Assembly (NCBI GenBank): GCA_035389585.1
Contig: DAOOSC010000001.1
Coordinates: forward strand, 6,290-70,289
Length of the DNA: 64,000 nt
Reading direction: 5' to 3'
From: Candidatus Magasanikiibacteriota bacterium
Lineage (GTDB): Bacteria > Patescibacteriota > Patescibacteriia > Magasanikbacterales > UBA922
This document shows, one piece after another, positions 46,215 to 55,292 of this stretch (position 1 is its first letter; every line of letters starts with the position of its first letter). The position numbers were made by a program, and so were the translations under genes. The notes beneath the pieces were generated by a model. That model was given only the letters and a program-made list of their open reading frames with translations, was not told the DNA's origin and ran no database searches.

Positions 46215-47270
46215 ATGAAATTCAATCGAATTGGTAGAAAAATTAACAACACTGCTCAGTCTATTGTTCGGTCTATGAATCAGGACGGTGGCGTGGTGAA
46301 ACGTGATTATGCTGAACGGGTGAGAAAAAATAATCCAATGTTTGTTTCTCGCCCCCAAAAAAATCTCGGTCTGTATGTCAAACTATTTTTGGCCGTTGGT
46401 TTATTTTTGGCGACGGTTATAATTATGTTGGCGCATCCGTTCTTTCGGATCAAGCAGATCGTCGTATCAGGCACGAATCGGGTGGACAATGCCGAAGTTG
46501 TGAAGACCCTCGAAGGGATATTAGATGGACGTTGTCTGGTTATTTTTTCCAATCGGAATTATTTTTTGACGGACGTGGTCGAGATCAGAGAAATTTTACG
46601 CTCACGTTTTCCGATTGCGGAAATTGTCGTCAAAAAAACTTTTCCAGGTAAGGTGGATGTGGAATTGAAGGAAAAAATTACGCGGATTATTTTTGATAAC
46701 GGGAAAAGATATGCGTTTCTGAATGAATCGGGGCAGGTACTCGAGGTGATCCGGAGTGTGGGGGAGGACGAGTGGAAGGAAGTTCCTGGTGGAGTCGATG
46801 GGCCAGCGGTCTCGTCCACTGTGAGTGCTATTATCTCTACCAGTTCGATACTCCTAAATGAGCATTTTTCGAAATATCACGTGCCAAGTGTTGGTGATAT
46901 CAGAAAACTAGCTGGGGACTATCCAATATTGTACGACGCCAGAACCAATACTGTAAATTTCGTTTCGTCGTCCCCAACGTTGGAGAAGGGGGAAACAGTC
47001 GTGGAGGATTACTTGGTGAAAAGAGTCATCGAGTGGTATGGTGGATTGATAAAAGTAATCGGAGAAAATAAAATTGATTATTTTGTAATTCAAAATGATG
47101 TGGGTTTTGGTGAAGTGCGATTACGAGATGGAAGTTATATCAAATTAAATTTAATTGTGGATCGTCCGAGCGCAATTGAGGCGATTGATTTACTTTTGCA
47201 TGAAAAAATTAAAGGAGGGAAGTTCGAGTATCTAGATGTACGTTATCCAGGACGAGTATATTGGAAATGA
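46215..47270 (+). CDS. ftsQ: FtsQ/DivIB-like cell division protein (POTRA domain)
   Basis: A single TM segment, then a POTRA-like 'IKQIVVSGTNRV...' block. It lies downstream of murF. Confidence 0.65.
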   Translation: MKFNRIGRKINNTAQSIVRSMNQDGGVVKRDYAERVRKNNPMFVSRPQKNLGLYVKLFLAVGLFLATVIIMLAHPFFRIKQIVVSGTNRVDNAEVVKTLEGILDGRCLVIFSNRNYFLTDVVEIREILRSRFPIAEIVVKKTFPGKVDVELKEKITRIIFDNGKRYAFLNESGQVLEVIRSVGEDEWKEVPGGVDGPAVSSTVSAIISTSSILLNEHFSKYHVPSVGDIRKLAGDYPILYDARTNTVNFVSSSPTLEKGETVVEDYLVKRVIEWYGGLIKVIGENKIDYFVIQNDVGFGEVRLRDGSYIKLNLIVDRPSAIEAIDLLLHEKIKGGKFEYLDVRYPGRVYWK

Positions 47271-47521
47271 GTTTAGAGGTAGGGAGGTGGGAGGATATCC
47301 AGTCCAGTGAAGCCTTGGCTGGATTGAGGTATATAAGAGGCGTCGTTTAATGAAACTTATGCGACGCCACAGAATATGGCTTCATAAACCCAAGGTATAG
47401 AGTGTCGTCTTTTTGTTTAAATTTTCAGGACGAAGAAAATAGGATGGTTGTTATGAGGCTTCCCTTGCTTAGGTATTTGTTTTATGAGCCACTTATTGTG
47501 CTGGTATTCACCTGTTTAATG

Positions 47522-47655
47522 TCAAAGTTCAAATTACAAATTTCAAATAAATGCCAAAACTAAAAGTTCAAATACCCGCAAAGATTGTAAATGGATATTT
47601 GATATTTTGATTTTGGCATTTGACATTGATTTGTTATTTGTAATTTGAACTTTGA
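47522..47655. repeat. Long imperfect palindrome with 20-bp perfect outer arms and 11-bp inner arms
   Basis: tcaaagttcaaattacaaat at 47522-47541 pairs with atttgtaatttgaactttga at 47636-47655. Nested inside, aaatgccaaaa at 47549-47559 pairs with ttttggcattt at 47611-47621. Confidence 0.6.
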
Positions 47656-47771
47656 GGTTAGTCAAAACGCACTCGACCTAACCTTTCTCTATTCTCCATC
47701 TCACCCACCGCTCTCTTCTCTACCTAATAAAATATTGTGCGACACCTAAATAAAAGAGGCGACTATTTATT

Positions 47772-49019
47772 TTAGTTTGGAAGGTAAGCGAGAGGATTCA
47801 CTGGGATGCCATTTTTGCGACATTCGAAGTGGAGGTGAGGGCCGGTGACGAATGGTCCAGCTCCAACTGTGCCCGGTGTTCCTCCAGAGGCGCCGATTAT
47901 ATCCCCTATCGTCACAAATTGATCTTCTTTCACATAAATACTGCTCAAATGTCCATAGACAGTTGACAATCCCCCACTATGCACGATCATGACATAACTA
48001 TAACATGAAGCGAGTGAACAGGTTTTCGCGCGGGCGATATATCCAGAACCAGCGGCTTTGACTGGGGTGCCTTGTCCAGCGCGGACATCAATGCCATTGT
48101 GCTCAAAAACGTTTCTATAGGGGTAGTCTGGGTCGTGGAAAAATGACGTGACAACACGGCTCGGTACCGGCCAATTAAATACACCACCGCTTTCCATTTC
48201 GGCATTAATTTTTTTCTGTGATTCGAGTTTTTTTCGTACTTCTTGTTCAATGGATTCAATTTCACCTTCGATTGCCTGATACTGGCTTTTTTGATTAGCG
48301 AGGAGGGTTTTGTATTTGAGTTCGGAAGATTGAGTTTGGGCGAGAAGATTTCCTTTGAGAAAACCTTGTTCTTCGAGTTTCTTTTTTTTCAATGCAAGTT
48401 CTTCGCTGGTTTTTTTGTAGGCAGTTTCTCGCTCTGTGGCAATGTTTTTCTTTTCGTCCAATTCTGATTTAGAAATTTTAATACCTCTTACATTGGTGCC
48501 GAGATTTCTTTCAATATTTTCTAGGTATTGGATACGATTGTAGAAATCAGAGAAATTGTCGTAAGTGGCGGCAATTTGAATATAATTTCGGTTTTCTTGA
48601 AGATAGATTGTTCGGATCAGTTCGGCGAGCATTTTTTGTTGTTTCGCGATGCTAGCTTCTTTGTCCTGGATTGACAGATCGAGAGCGGAAATTTCGAGCT
48701 GAATTGATGAGAGTTGAGTCTCGGTAGCTTCGATATCAAACTCGACCTGACGTGTTTGGTTGTCTAAAATTGAAATTTGATTAGAGAGTGAGACAGCTTC
48801 TTTACGTTTAGCATCGATTTTTTGTTTGAATTCTTCAATGCTTTTTTCGAGTTGTTTGATCTTGTCTCGTTTTTCGGTAATTTTCTGGTTCAAGGTGTCA
48901 ATTTCAGCAGAGTTCCCCCCTACACCGCTATTCGTTAGCGCAACTGATTTGGAGGGAAAAGAAAAGACTGATCCGAAAATGGCCAGGAAAAATATAGTAA
49001 TTAAATACCGGTATTTCAT
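47772..49019 (-). CDS. Peptidase M23 protein with an N-terminal coiled-coil (EnvC-like architecture but catalytically intact)
   Basis: A signal/TM segment, about 250 aa of heptad-rich coiled coil, and C-terminal M23 with 'HNGIDV' and 'PHLHFE'. Confidence 0.8.
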   Translation of the reverse strand: MKYRYLITIFFLAIFGSVFSFPSKSVALTNSGVGGNSAEIDTLNQKITEKRDKIKQLEKSIEEFKQKIDAKRKEAVSLSNQISILDNQTRQVEFDIEATETQLSSIQLEISALDLSIQDKEASIAKQQKMLAELIRTIYLQENRNYIQIAATYDNFSDFYNRIQYLENIERNLGTNVRGIKISKSELDEKKNIATERETAYKKTSEELALKKKKLEEQGFLKGNLLAQTQSSELKYKTLLANQKSQYQAIEGEIESIEQEVRKKLESQKKINAEMESGGVFNWPVPSRVVTSFFHDPDYPYRNVFEHNGIDVRAGQGTPVKAAGSGYIARAKTCSLASCYSYVMIVHSGGLSTVYGHLSSIYVKEDQFVTIGDIIGASGGTPGTVGAGPFVTGPHLHFECRKNGIPVNPLAYLPN

Positions 49020-49058
49020 AATACTGGTATTATATCACATGATTTGTTTTTCAGAAAA

Positions 49059-50546
49059 TTAAGCAGATAACTTCGTGATAGCTTTTTTCAAGCGAGCCAA
49101 AGTTTTCTCTGATCCCAGGACAGCCATGATTTCAAACGACCCTGGAGATTTCTCGAGGCCGGAGAGCGCGACTCGAAGCGGCCAGAGTATATCCCCATTA
49201 GTCAGTCCGTTGTCCGCGATCCATTTTTTAGTTTCCGTCTCCAAAATTTCTTTTTTCCACTCGCCTTTCCACTCCGACAAAAATCCCTGGATCAATTCCA
49301 AATTTTTCAAAGCATCTGTCCGATTTGATTTCTTCCAAACTAAAATTTCCGGGGGATAATCGGTCGGTTCGCTAATCAAATACCCAACGGCCGTTGTAAT
49401 TTCATCGAGCCGCGCGACTCTTTCTTTTTCGAGAGATAGCGCAGGAATTATTTCCGATAATTTTTTTTTATCAACTTCGTTTGGCACGAGTCCCGCTTTG
49501 GCCAAATACGGCCAACAAGCGAGTGCAAACGACTCCGCTGACATTAGTTTGATATATTGTTTATTGTACCAGTCTAGTTTTTCCAAATTGAACACTGCCC
49601 CTTTTTTTGCCGTCTTCTCGATTGAATAATCCTGAATCAATTCCGCGAGCGAGTACATTTCCTTTTCTCCGCCAGGATTCCAACCTAAAAAGGCGACAAA
49701 ATTTATAAGCGCCTCCGGCAAATAGCCCTTTTTACGATAATCATCAACCGATACATCACCCTGTCGTTTGGATAATTTGGAACCATCTGTATTTAACAAA
49801 AGTGGTAGGTGAGCAAATGCAGGGATTTCCCAACCAAAATATTTATATAATTGCACGTGCTTTGGTGTCGAAGACAACCATTCTTCGCCGCGAATAATGT
49901 GCGTAATTTCCATGAAATGATCATCCACGACCACAGCGAGATGATATGTCGGGAAACCATCAGACTTCAAAATCACCTGATCATCAATCAATTCATTTTT
50001 GAACACCACTTCTCCGCGAATCAAATCATTAATTTTTGTTTCGCCCGTTCGTGGCATTTTCATGCGTACGACAAATTTTTCTCCCGCCTTGATTCGAGCC
50101 TCAGCTTCTTCGCGTGTCACATTTCGACAATTTCCATCATAACCAGTCGGCTGTTTATTCAATTCTTGTAATTTTCGCACTTCATCCAATCTCTCAGCCG
50201 AACAAAAACAATAATACGCGTGATCATTGGCAATTAATTCGTCAACGTATTTTTTGTAAATTGGTAAACGTAGTGACTGGGTGTACGGACCATTTTCACC
50301 TGCTTCAGACGGTTCACCATCCGCGCCTCGGACGACTCCTTCGTCTGGCACGACACCTGCCCAGTATAATGATTTCAAAATATTTGCAACTCCATCATCT
50401 ACAAAACGCGCGCGATCAGTATCTTCAATACGTAAAATAAAATGACCAGATTTTTTTTTGGCTAATAAATACGCATAAAGAGCGGTGCGTAAACTACCGA
50501 TATGTAAATACCCCGTTGGTGATGGCGCGAATCTAGTTTTAATCAT
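49059..50546 (-). CDS. gltX: Glutamate--tRNA ligase
   Basis: The 'RFAPSPTGYLHIGS' HIGH motif and the 'KLSKR' KMSKS motif. The start was chosen at the internal ATG preceding the HIGH region. Confidence 0.85.
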   Translation of the reverse strand: MIKTRFAPSPTGYLHIGSLRTALYAYLLAKKKSGHFILRIEDTDRARFVDDGVANILKSLYWAGVVPDEGVVRGADGEPSEAGENGPYTQSLRLPIYKKYVDELIANDHAYYCFCSAERLDEVRKLQELNKQPTGYDGNCRNVTREEAEARIKAGEKFVVRMKMPRTGETKINDLIRGEVVFKNELIDDQVILKSDGFPTYHLAVVVDDHFMEITHIIRGEEWLSSTPKHVQLYKYFGWEIPAFAHLPLLLNTDGSKLSKRQGDVSVDDYRKKGYLPEALINFVAFLGWNPGGEKEMYSLAELIQDYSIEKTAKKGAVFNLEKLDWYNKQYIKLMSAESFALACWPYLAKAGLVPNEVDKKKLSEIIPALSLEKERVARLDEITTAVGYLISEPTDYPPEILVWKKSNRTDALKNLELIQGFLSEWKGEWKKEILETETKKWIADNGLTNGDILWPLRVALSGLEKSPGSFEIMAVLGSEKTLARLKKAITKLSA

Positions 50547-51285
50547 AGTGTTTGAAAAAATATTTGAAATTCTGTAATGTAAATACGACTGTGGCGCGAT
50601 ATATCCGTCCAATTCGTTTCGGTTCACAAATCAAACGCCATAGCCATTCTAGCCCAATTTTGCGTAAAAAGCAAGGCGCACGGCGCTGTACACCAGCGAT
50701 CATGTCGATCGATCCGCCGACCCCCATCATGATGCGAACACTCGGGAAATCTTTCTTGTGTTTCATAATCCATTTTTCTTGCTTGCCATGACCAAAAGCG
50801 ACAAATACTATTTCCGGCGCCGTCATAATTATCTGATTGATTGATTCTTCATCGACTGATTCATCAGTAATCTTTCCCGACTGATCGAAATGCGGACCGA
50901 TATTTGTGCCAGAAATAATTATTCGTGGATACTTTTCTTTAATCTTCGCAACCGCTGTGCCCAAAGTTTTCTGATTCCCCGTACCGAGCAAAAATATTTT
51001 CGATGATTTTTCATTTGCAATTTCTAGAATATCCCTCATGAGTTCAACGCCTGGATAACGTGGTAAATGACCTCGTGTCAGTATAGTAATACCAGAACCA
51101 TCCGCGACATTCAGGTCAGAACTATTTAATACGTGTGCGAATTCCCCATCTTTGCGTGCCAATACAATCATCTCCGGATTAGGTGTGAAAATCGTTCGAA
51201 CTTTATTACCATTCAAAAAATCACGCACCTGTGAAAGCACCTCTGTCGGTAGTTTGTTTGTAATTTCAATTTGACTGAATTTCAT
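50539..51285 (-). CDS. WecB/TagA/CpsF family glycosyltransferase (GT26)
   Basis: The C-terminal 'EWLWRL..EPKR' motif and overall length of about 250 aa. An alternative upstream start is at 51330. Confidence 0.75.
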   Translation of the reverse strand: MKFSQIEITNKLPTEVLSQVRDFLNGNKVRTIFTPNPEMIVLARKDGEFAHVLNSSDLNVADGSGITILTRGHLPRYPGVELMRDILEIANEKSSKIFLLGTGNQKTLGTAVAKIKEKYPRIIISGTNIGPHFDQSGKITDESVDEESINQIIMTAPEIVFVAFGHGKQEKWIMKHKKDFPSVRIMMGVGGSIDMIAGVQRRAPCFLRKIGLEWLWRLICEPKRIGRIYRATVVFTLQNFKYFFKHYD

Positions 51286-51291
51286 GGATAC

Positions 51292-51320
51292 TTGACAAAT
51301 AAGGAAAGCTTTGCTATGAT
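51292..51320 (+). promoter_or_regulatory. Sigma70-like promoter (TTGACA-N17-TATGAT)
   Basis: Read directly. It overlaps the divergent GT26 start region. Confidence 0.45.
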
Positions 51321-51380
51321 GTTTAGTCATTATGACCGCATCTCATGAGGGGTGCGAACTGTTCTTTTGGAGGTATTTTC

Positions 51381-51758
51381 ATGGAATCGATGCCGTTCGT
51401 TTTCGTGGCTCATGAAGGTGGACCTACTCAGCACGCACCCAATCGCCTATCCGTTGCGGAAGGCGTAGCAAAATTGGTAAATGCTGTACTGCCCTCGCGA
51501 GATGTCCTGCCACGATCTGCTGTGTTATTGATCGAATTAGAAGGAAATGTCCGTGGCCGTGAAGATACAGTCACCGTGCTCACTCTGGAAATCCTCAGGA
51601 TGGTCCAGAGTATCCTCAGCGGATTAAGAATCAAACACAACGATGTGAAAGAAATCTGCAATTTTGAGAGTTTGCATACCTACGATTTGGTGGGCAGACC
51701 ATATGCAATCTCCGGTCTGCGAGTCTCCCTCAGTATAGACCCATCTAATAGAGGGTAA
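51381..51758 (+). CDS. Hypothetical protein of 125 aa
   Basis: A GGAGG RBS 7 nt upstream, a promoter upstream and a terminator downstream. No domain was recognised. Confidence 0.5.
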   Translation: MESMPFVFVAHEGGPTQHAPNRLSVAEGVAKLVNAVLPSRDVLPRSAVLLIELEGNVRGREDTVTVLTLEILRMVQSILSGLRIKHNDVKEICNFESLHTYDLVGRPYAISGLRVSLSIDPSNRG

Positions 51759-51797
51759 ACACACCCGCAACTAGAGCAAAAGACCAACAGACATCCT

Positions 51798-51823
51798 ATC
51801 ACCCTCCGGGGTGATATTTTTTA
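51798..51823 (+). terminator. Rho-independent terminator
   Basis: Stem atcaccc / gggtgat with a 4-nt loop, followed by ATTTTTTA. Confidence 0.65.
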
Positions 51824-51870
51824 CCCCAAAAATTTAAAGACACTAATTTTCCCTCATATTCTACCACAAT

Positions 51871-51898
51871 TTGACAATTTTGTGAAGCGTGTTATACT
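51871..51898 (+). promoter_or_regulatory. Sigma70-like promoter (TTGACA-N16-TATACT) for clpB
   Basis: Read directly, about 65 nt upstream of the clpB ATG. Confidence 0.5.
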
Positions 51899-51900
51899 AA

Positions 51901-51926
51901 TTATCACTCCCCCGCCCCGAGTGACA
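51901..51926. promoter_or_regulatory. CIRCE-like inverted repeat (ttatCACTC-N9-GAGTGacag), a candidate heat-shock operator
   Basis: A CACTC-N9-GAGTG core immediately downstream of the -10. Compare the CIRCE consensus TTAGCACTC-N9-GAGTGCTAA. Confidence 0.4.
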
Positions 51927-51962
51927 GGTGGAGCAATAATATACCCTAAAAATAGCCAATAT

Positions 51963-54593
51963 ATGAGTACAAATAACTTTACCAAAAAAACCCAAGAGGC
52001 GCTCGAAAATGCGGCGCAACTCGCCCACAGTCACCACCTCCCCCAAGTGGAGCCGCCCCACATTTTCGCTGCAATCGTAAATGACGATGGCGGTGTAGTC
52101 TCGGCCGTGCTCCAAAAATTGAATATCGATATCAATAGTGTGCGTAAATTCGCCATGTCTCTCGTCACTGGCATGCCTCGTGCCGACGGTCCGATTCCGA
52201 TGCTGAATATGCACCAAATCATGCTCGGGCAAAATGCGATGAACATTCTGAATCTGGCAGGTGTCGAAGCTCAAAAAATGGGAGATGAATATATGAGTGT
52301 AGAGCACCTACTGCTCGCATTTTTAGTTAATAAAAATCCCGTCAGTGAGTATCTCATAAAACTCGGTGCCTCATATGACGAGACTTTGAAAGTCCTCGCC
52401 ACGGTCCGCGGTACCCAAAAAGTTGATTCACCTGAACCAGAAAGTAAATACCAAGCGCTAAAAAAGTACGGAAAAAATCTGACGGACCTCGCAAAAAAAG
52501 AAAAACTCGATCCCGTCATCGGTCGTGACGAAGAAATTCGTCGTGTCATGCAAGTCCTCTCGCGCCGTACAAAAAACAACCCAGTCCTTATCGGCGAACC
52601 AGGTGTCGGTAAGACGGCGATTGCCGAAGGTTTGGCACAACGAATCGTCAATGGCGATGTTCCGGAAAGTATTCGCGATAAAGAAGTCATTTCACTCGAC
52701 GTCGGTGCACTCGTCGCTGGGACGAAATTTCGTGGCGAGTTTGAAGATCGTTTCAAAGCGGTTTTGAAAGAAGTGATTGATTCTGCGGGTAAAATTATTC
52801 TCTTCATTGACGAATTACACTCCATCGTCGGCGCTGGCGGATCCGAAGGCGCAATTGATGCGAGCAATATGTTGAAACCGGCGCTCGCCCGCGGTGAATT
52901 ACATACTATCGGGGCGACCACACTGAAAGAATACCAGAAATATATCGAAAAAGACGCCGCTTTCGAAAGACGTTTTCAACCCGTCCTCGTGAAAGAACCA
53001 TCTACCGAAGACACGGTTGCGATTTTACGTGGTATCAAAGAAAAATATGAAATTCATCACGGTGTCCGAATCACTGATGCCGCGATTGTCGCCGCCGCTA
53101 ATTTGTCCAGTCGATATATCACCGACCGTTTTTTGCCGGACAAAGCGATTGATTTGATTGATGAAGCGACTTCGGCTTTGCGCATGCAAATTGATTCGAT
53201 GCCAGAGGACCTCGATATCATGAAACGCAAAATGATGAAAATTGAAATCGAATTGCGTGCTCTAAAAAAAGAAACTGATAAAGATGCCCAGGATCGGGCG
53301 ACGAAACTGAAAGAAGAATTGGCAAATTTGAAAGAAAAAAGTTCTGGACTCGAAATTCAATGGCGCAATCAAAAAGAAATTATTACCAGTATTCGTGAAC
53401 ACAAAAAAGAAATCGATAAATTGCGTCAACAAGCCGATATCGAAGAACGTCGTGGTGATTTACAAAAAGTCGCCGAGATTCGTTATGGTAAAATTCCGAC
53501 CATGGAAGAAGCCATCCGCGGAGACGAAAATCATCTCGCCGAATTACGCAAAGAGCGGGCGATTTTGAAAGAAGAGATTACCGAGACTGACATCGCAGCC
53601 GTAGTGGCGCGCTGGACCGGCATTCCCCTATCCAAAATGCTCCAAGATGAAGTGAAGAAATTAGCGTACATGGAAAGTGATTTGAAAAAACGCGTCATCG
53701 GCCAAGAAGAAGCCATTACCGCCATTTCAAATGCGATTCGTCGTTCACGGGCTGGTATATCCGAAGAAAAACGCCCAATCGGCTCGTTTATCTTCATGGG
53801 GCCGACTGGTGTCGGTAAGACTGAACTCGCGAAAGCCTTGGCGGAATTTCTTTTCAATGATGAAAATTCTCTCGTTCGAGTAGACATGAGTGAATACATG
53901 GAGAAACATGCCGCGAGCAAAATGATTGGTTCCCCTCCTGGCTATGTCGGCTTCGACGAAGGTGGCCAGCTCACCGAGATTATTCGCCGTCGTCCATATT
54001 CGGTAATTCTATTTGATGAAATCGAAAAAGCGCATCCTGATATTTTCAATATGATGCTCCAAATTTTGGATGACGGTCATCTGACTGATGCAAAGGGTCG
54101 CAAAGTAAATTTCAAAAACACTGTCATAATCATGACGAGTAATATCGGTTCGGAATACATGATGGAACTAGACAAACGTGGCGACCTCGGCTTTGGTGAT
54201 AGTGCGAAATCAGAAAAGAAGGAAGATAAAATGAAAACCCGTATCATGGACGCACTACGTGAACGCTTTCGTCCAGAATTTTTGAATCGCATCGATGAAA
54301 TTATCACATTCCACCCATTGAATGAAAAACAAATTCGCACCATTGTCGATTTACAAATCGCTCATGTCGCGAAACGTCTCGAAGTACGCCACATCACTCT
54401 CCGCATTTCAGAAAAGGCAAAGGATTGGCTCGCGAAAAAGGGCTATGATCCGAACCTGGGGGCACGCCCGTTGAAACGTGTCATTCAGACCGCGGTGATG
54501 GATAAGCTGGCTATGGCCATAATTGAAGAAAAAATAATCGATGGTGCTGTTGTAAAAGTGGAGATAGTGAAAGGTGAAATTGAAATAAAATAG
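51963..54593 (+). CDS. clpB: Chaperone ClpB (Hsp100, two AAA+ modules with a middle coiled-coil)
   Basis: The Clp_N repeats, two Walker A motifs ('GEPGVGKT' and 'GPTGVGKT'), and a long M-domain coiled coil. Confidence 0.9.
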   Translation: MSTNNFTKKTQEALENAAQLAHSHHLPQVEPPHIFAAIVNDDGGVVSAVLQKLNIDINSVRKFAMSLVTGMPRADGPIPMLNMHQIMLGQNAMNILNLAGVEAQKMGDEYMSVEHLLLAFLVNKNPVSEYLIKLGASYDETLKVLATVRGTQKVDSPEPESKYQALKKYGKNLTDLAKKEKLDPVIGRDEEIRRVMQVLSRRTKNNPVLIGEPGVGKTAIAEGLAQRIVNGDVPESIRDKEVISLDVGALVAGTKFRGEFEDRFKAVLKEVIDSAGKIILFIDELHSIVGAGGSEGAIDASNMLKPALARGELHTIGATTLKEYQKYIEKDAAFERRFQPVLVKEPSTEDTVAILRGIKEKYEIHHGVRITDAAIVAAANLSSRYITDRFLPDKAIDLIDEATSALRMQIDSMPEDLDIMKRKMMKIEIELRALKKETDKDAQDRATKLKEELANLKEKSSGLEIQWRNQKEIITSIREHKKEIDKLRQQADIEERRGDLQKVAEIRYGKIPTMEEAIRGDENHLAELRKERAILKEEITETDIAAVVARWTGIPLSKMLQDEVKKLAYMESDLKKRVIGQEEAITAISNAIRRSRAGISEEKRPIGSFIFMGPTGVGKTELAKALAEFLFNDENSLVRVDMSEYMEKHAASKMIGSPPGYVGFDEGGQLTEIIRRRPYSVILFDEIEKAHPDIFNMMLQILDDGHLTDAKGRKVNFKNTVIIMTSNIGSEYMMELDKRGDLGFGDSAKSEKKEDKMKTRIMDALRERFRPEFLNRIDEIITFHPLNEKQIRTIVDLQIAHVAKRLEVRHITLRISEKAKDWLAKKGYDPNLGARPLKRVIQTAVMDKLAMAIIEEKIIDGAVVKVEIVKGEIEIK

Positions 54594-55292
54594 AAAACAG
54601 TTTAATTAAAAAAGATGGTAATCCCCTCTTTTTTAATTATCCACACAGACTCTTTGACGATGTCTGTATTTGGGTGTATCATTAATTCCAATCACGACGA
54701 CGGGTGTCGCCCAGCAATCAGAGGTCTCACCTCGAAGCTGAAATAAGCCTGTTTCGTGGTTTGTTCCTGTTTCCGGTAGAGGTAGAATAAGCGGAGCGAA
54801 TAGTCCGAGGCCTGAGCGCTCAGCTCCTCGGCGCAATGTCCGCGAAAAACCTCTCGATACCAATGAATGGTGTCGGTATGTGGGTCAGTAGTGCGTGCCC
54901 CTGCATACGCCAATGTTCCGGAGTGGCTGATGATGGCACTAAAATCAGCGTTTGGTCAATGACCAGACCAAAGGAAGGTGGCTTTTGGGTCATGTACAAG
55001 ACACAGTTAGACTGGTGAGTACACAGAAGTCGCGGTGCTGTTCGTGGTTCTATTTCATGGGGGGGGGAAAGTCATGGGGTACTTTTCCCAACGCTTGGCT
55101 AGTTAGCTCATTGTTTAACAACCCCAAGATTGTCCATATCGATGGAAAGGCACTTGTTTCAGGAGTTTTAGTGCTGGAATCCGAGATTGTCGATGTGGAT
55201 AGTCACTCTCTCTAAGGACCGGGTAGTAATACCGGTCCTGTTTTTTTATTAGAACTGTCAATAGCGATGGATTTGTGTTATACTATACTTCT
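54594..55292 (+). other. GC-richer region of about 700 bp lacking a convincing CDS. It contains a DnaA-box-like TTATCCACA at 54644-54652 and a G9 homopolymer at 55059-55067, and ends in a strong + strand terminator.
   Basis: Only short overlapping ORFs in multiple frames, a composition unlike the neighbours, and a terminator at 55217-55250. Confidence 0.4.
55217..55250 (+). terminator. Rho-independent terminator
   Basis: Stem ggaccgg / ccggtcc with a 9-nt loop, followed by TGTTTTTTT. Confidence 0.7.

Noticed and set aside
51428-51661. A 77-aa ORF on the minus strand inside the 125-aa gene
   Set aside because: It has no RBS or promoter, whereas the plus-strand ORF has a complete expression unit.
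54633-54913. Two overlapping minus-strand ORFs of 73 and 76 aa after clpB
   Set aside because: Their frames conflict, they have no RBS or promoter, and their amino-acid composition is odd. I treat them as part of the unexplained non-coding region rather than as genes. A frameshifted pseudogene cannot be excluded.
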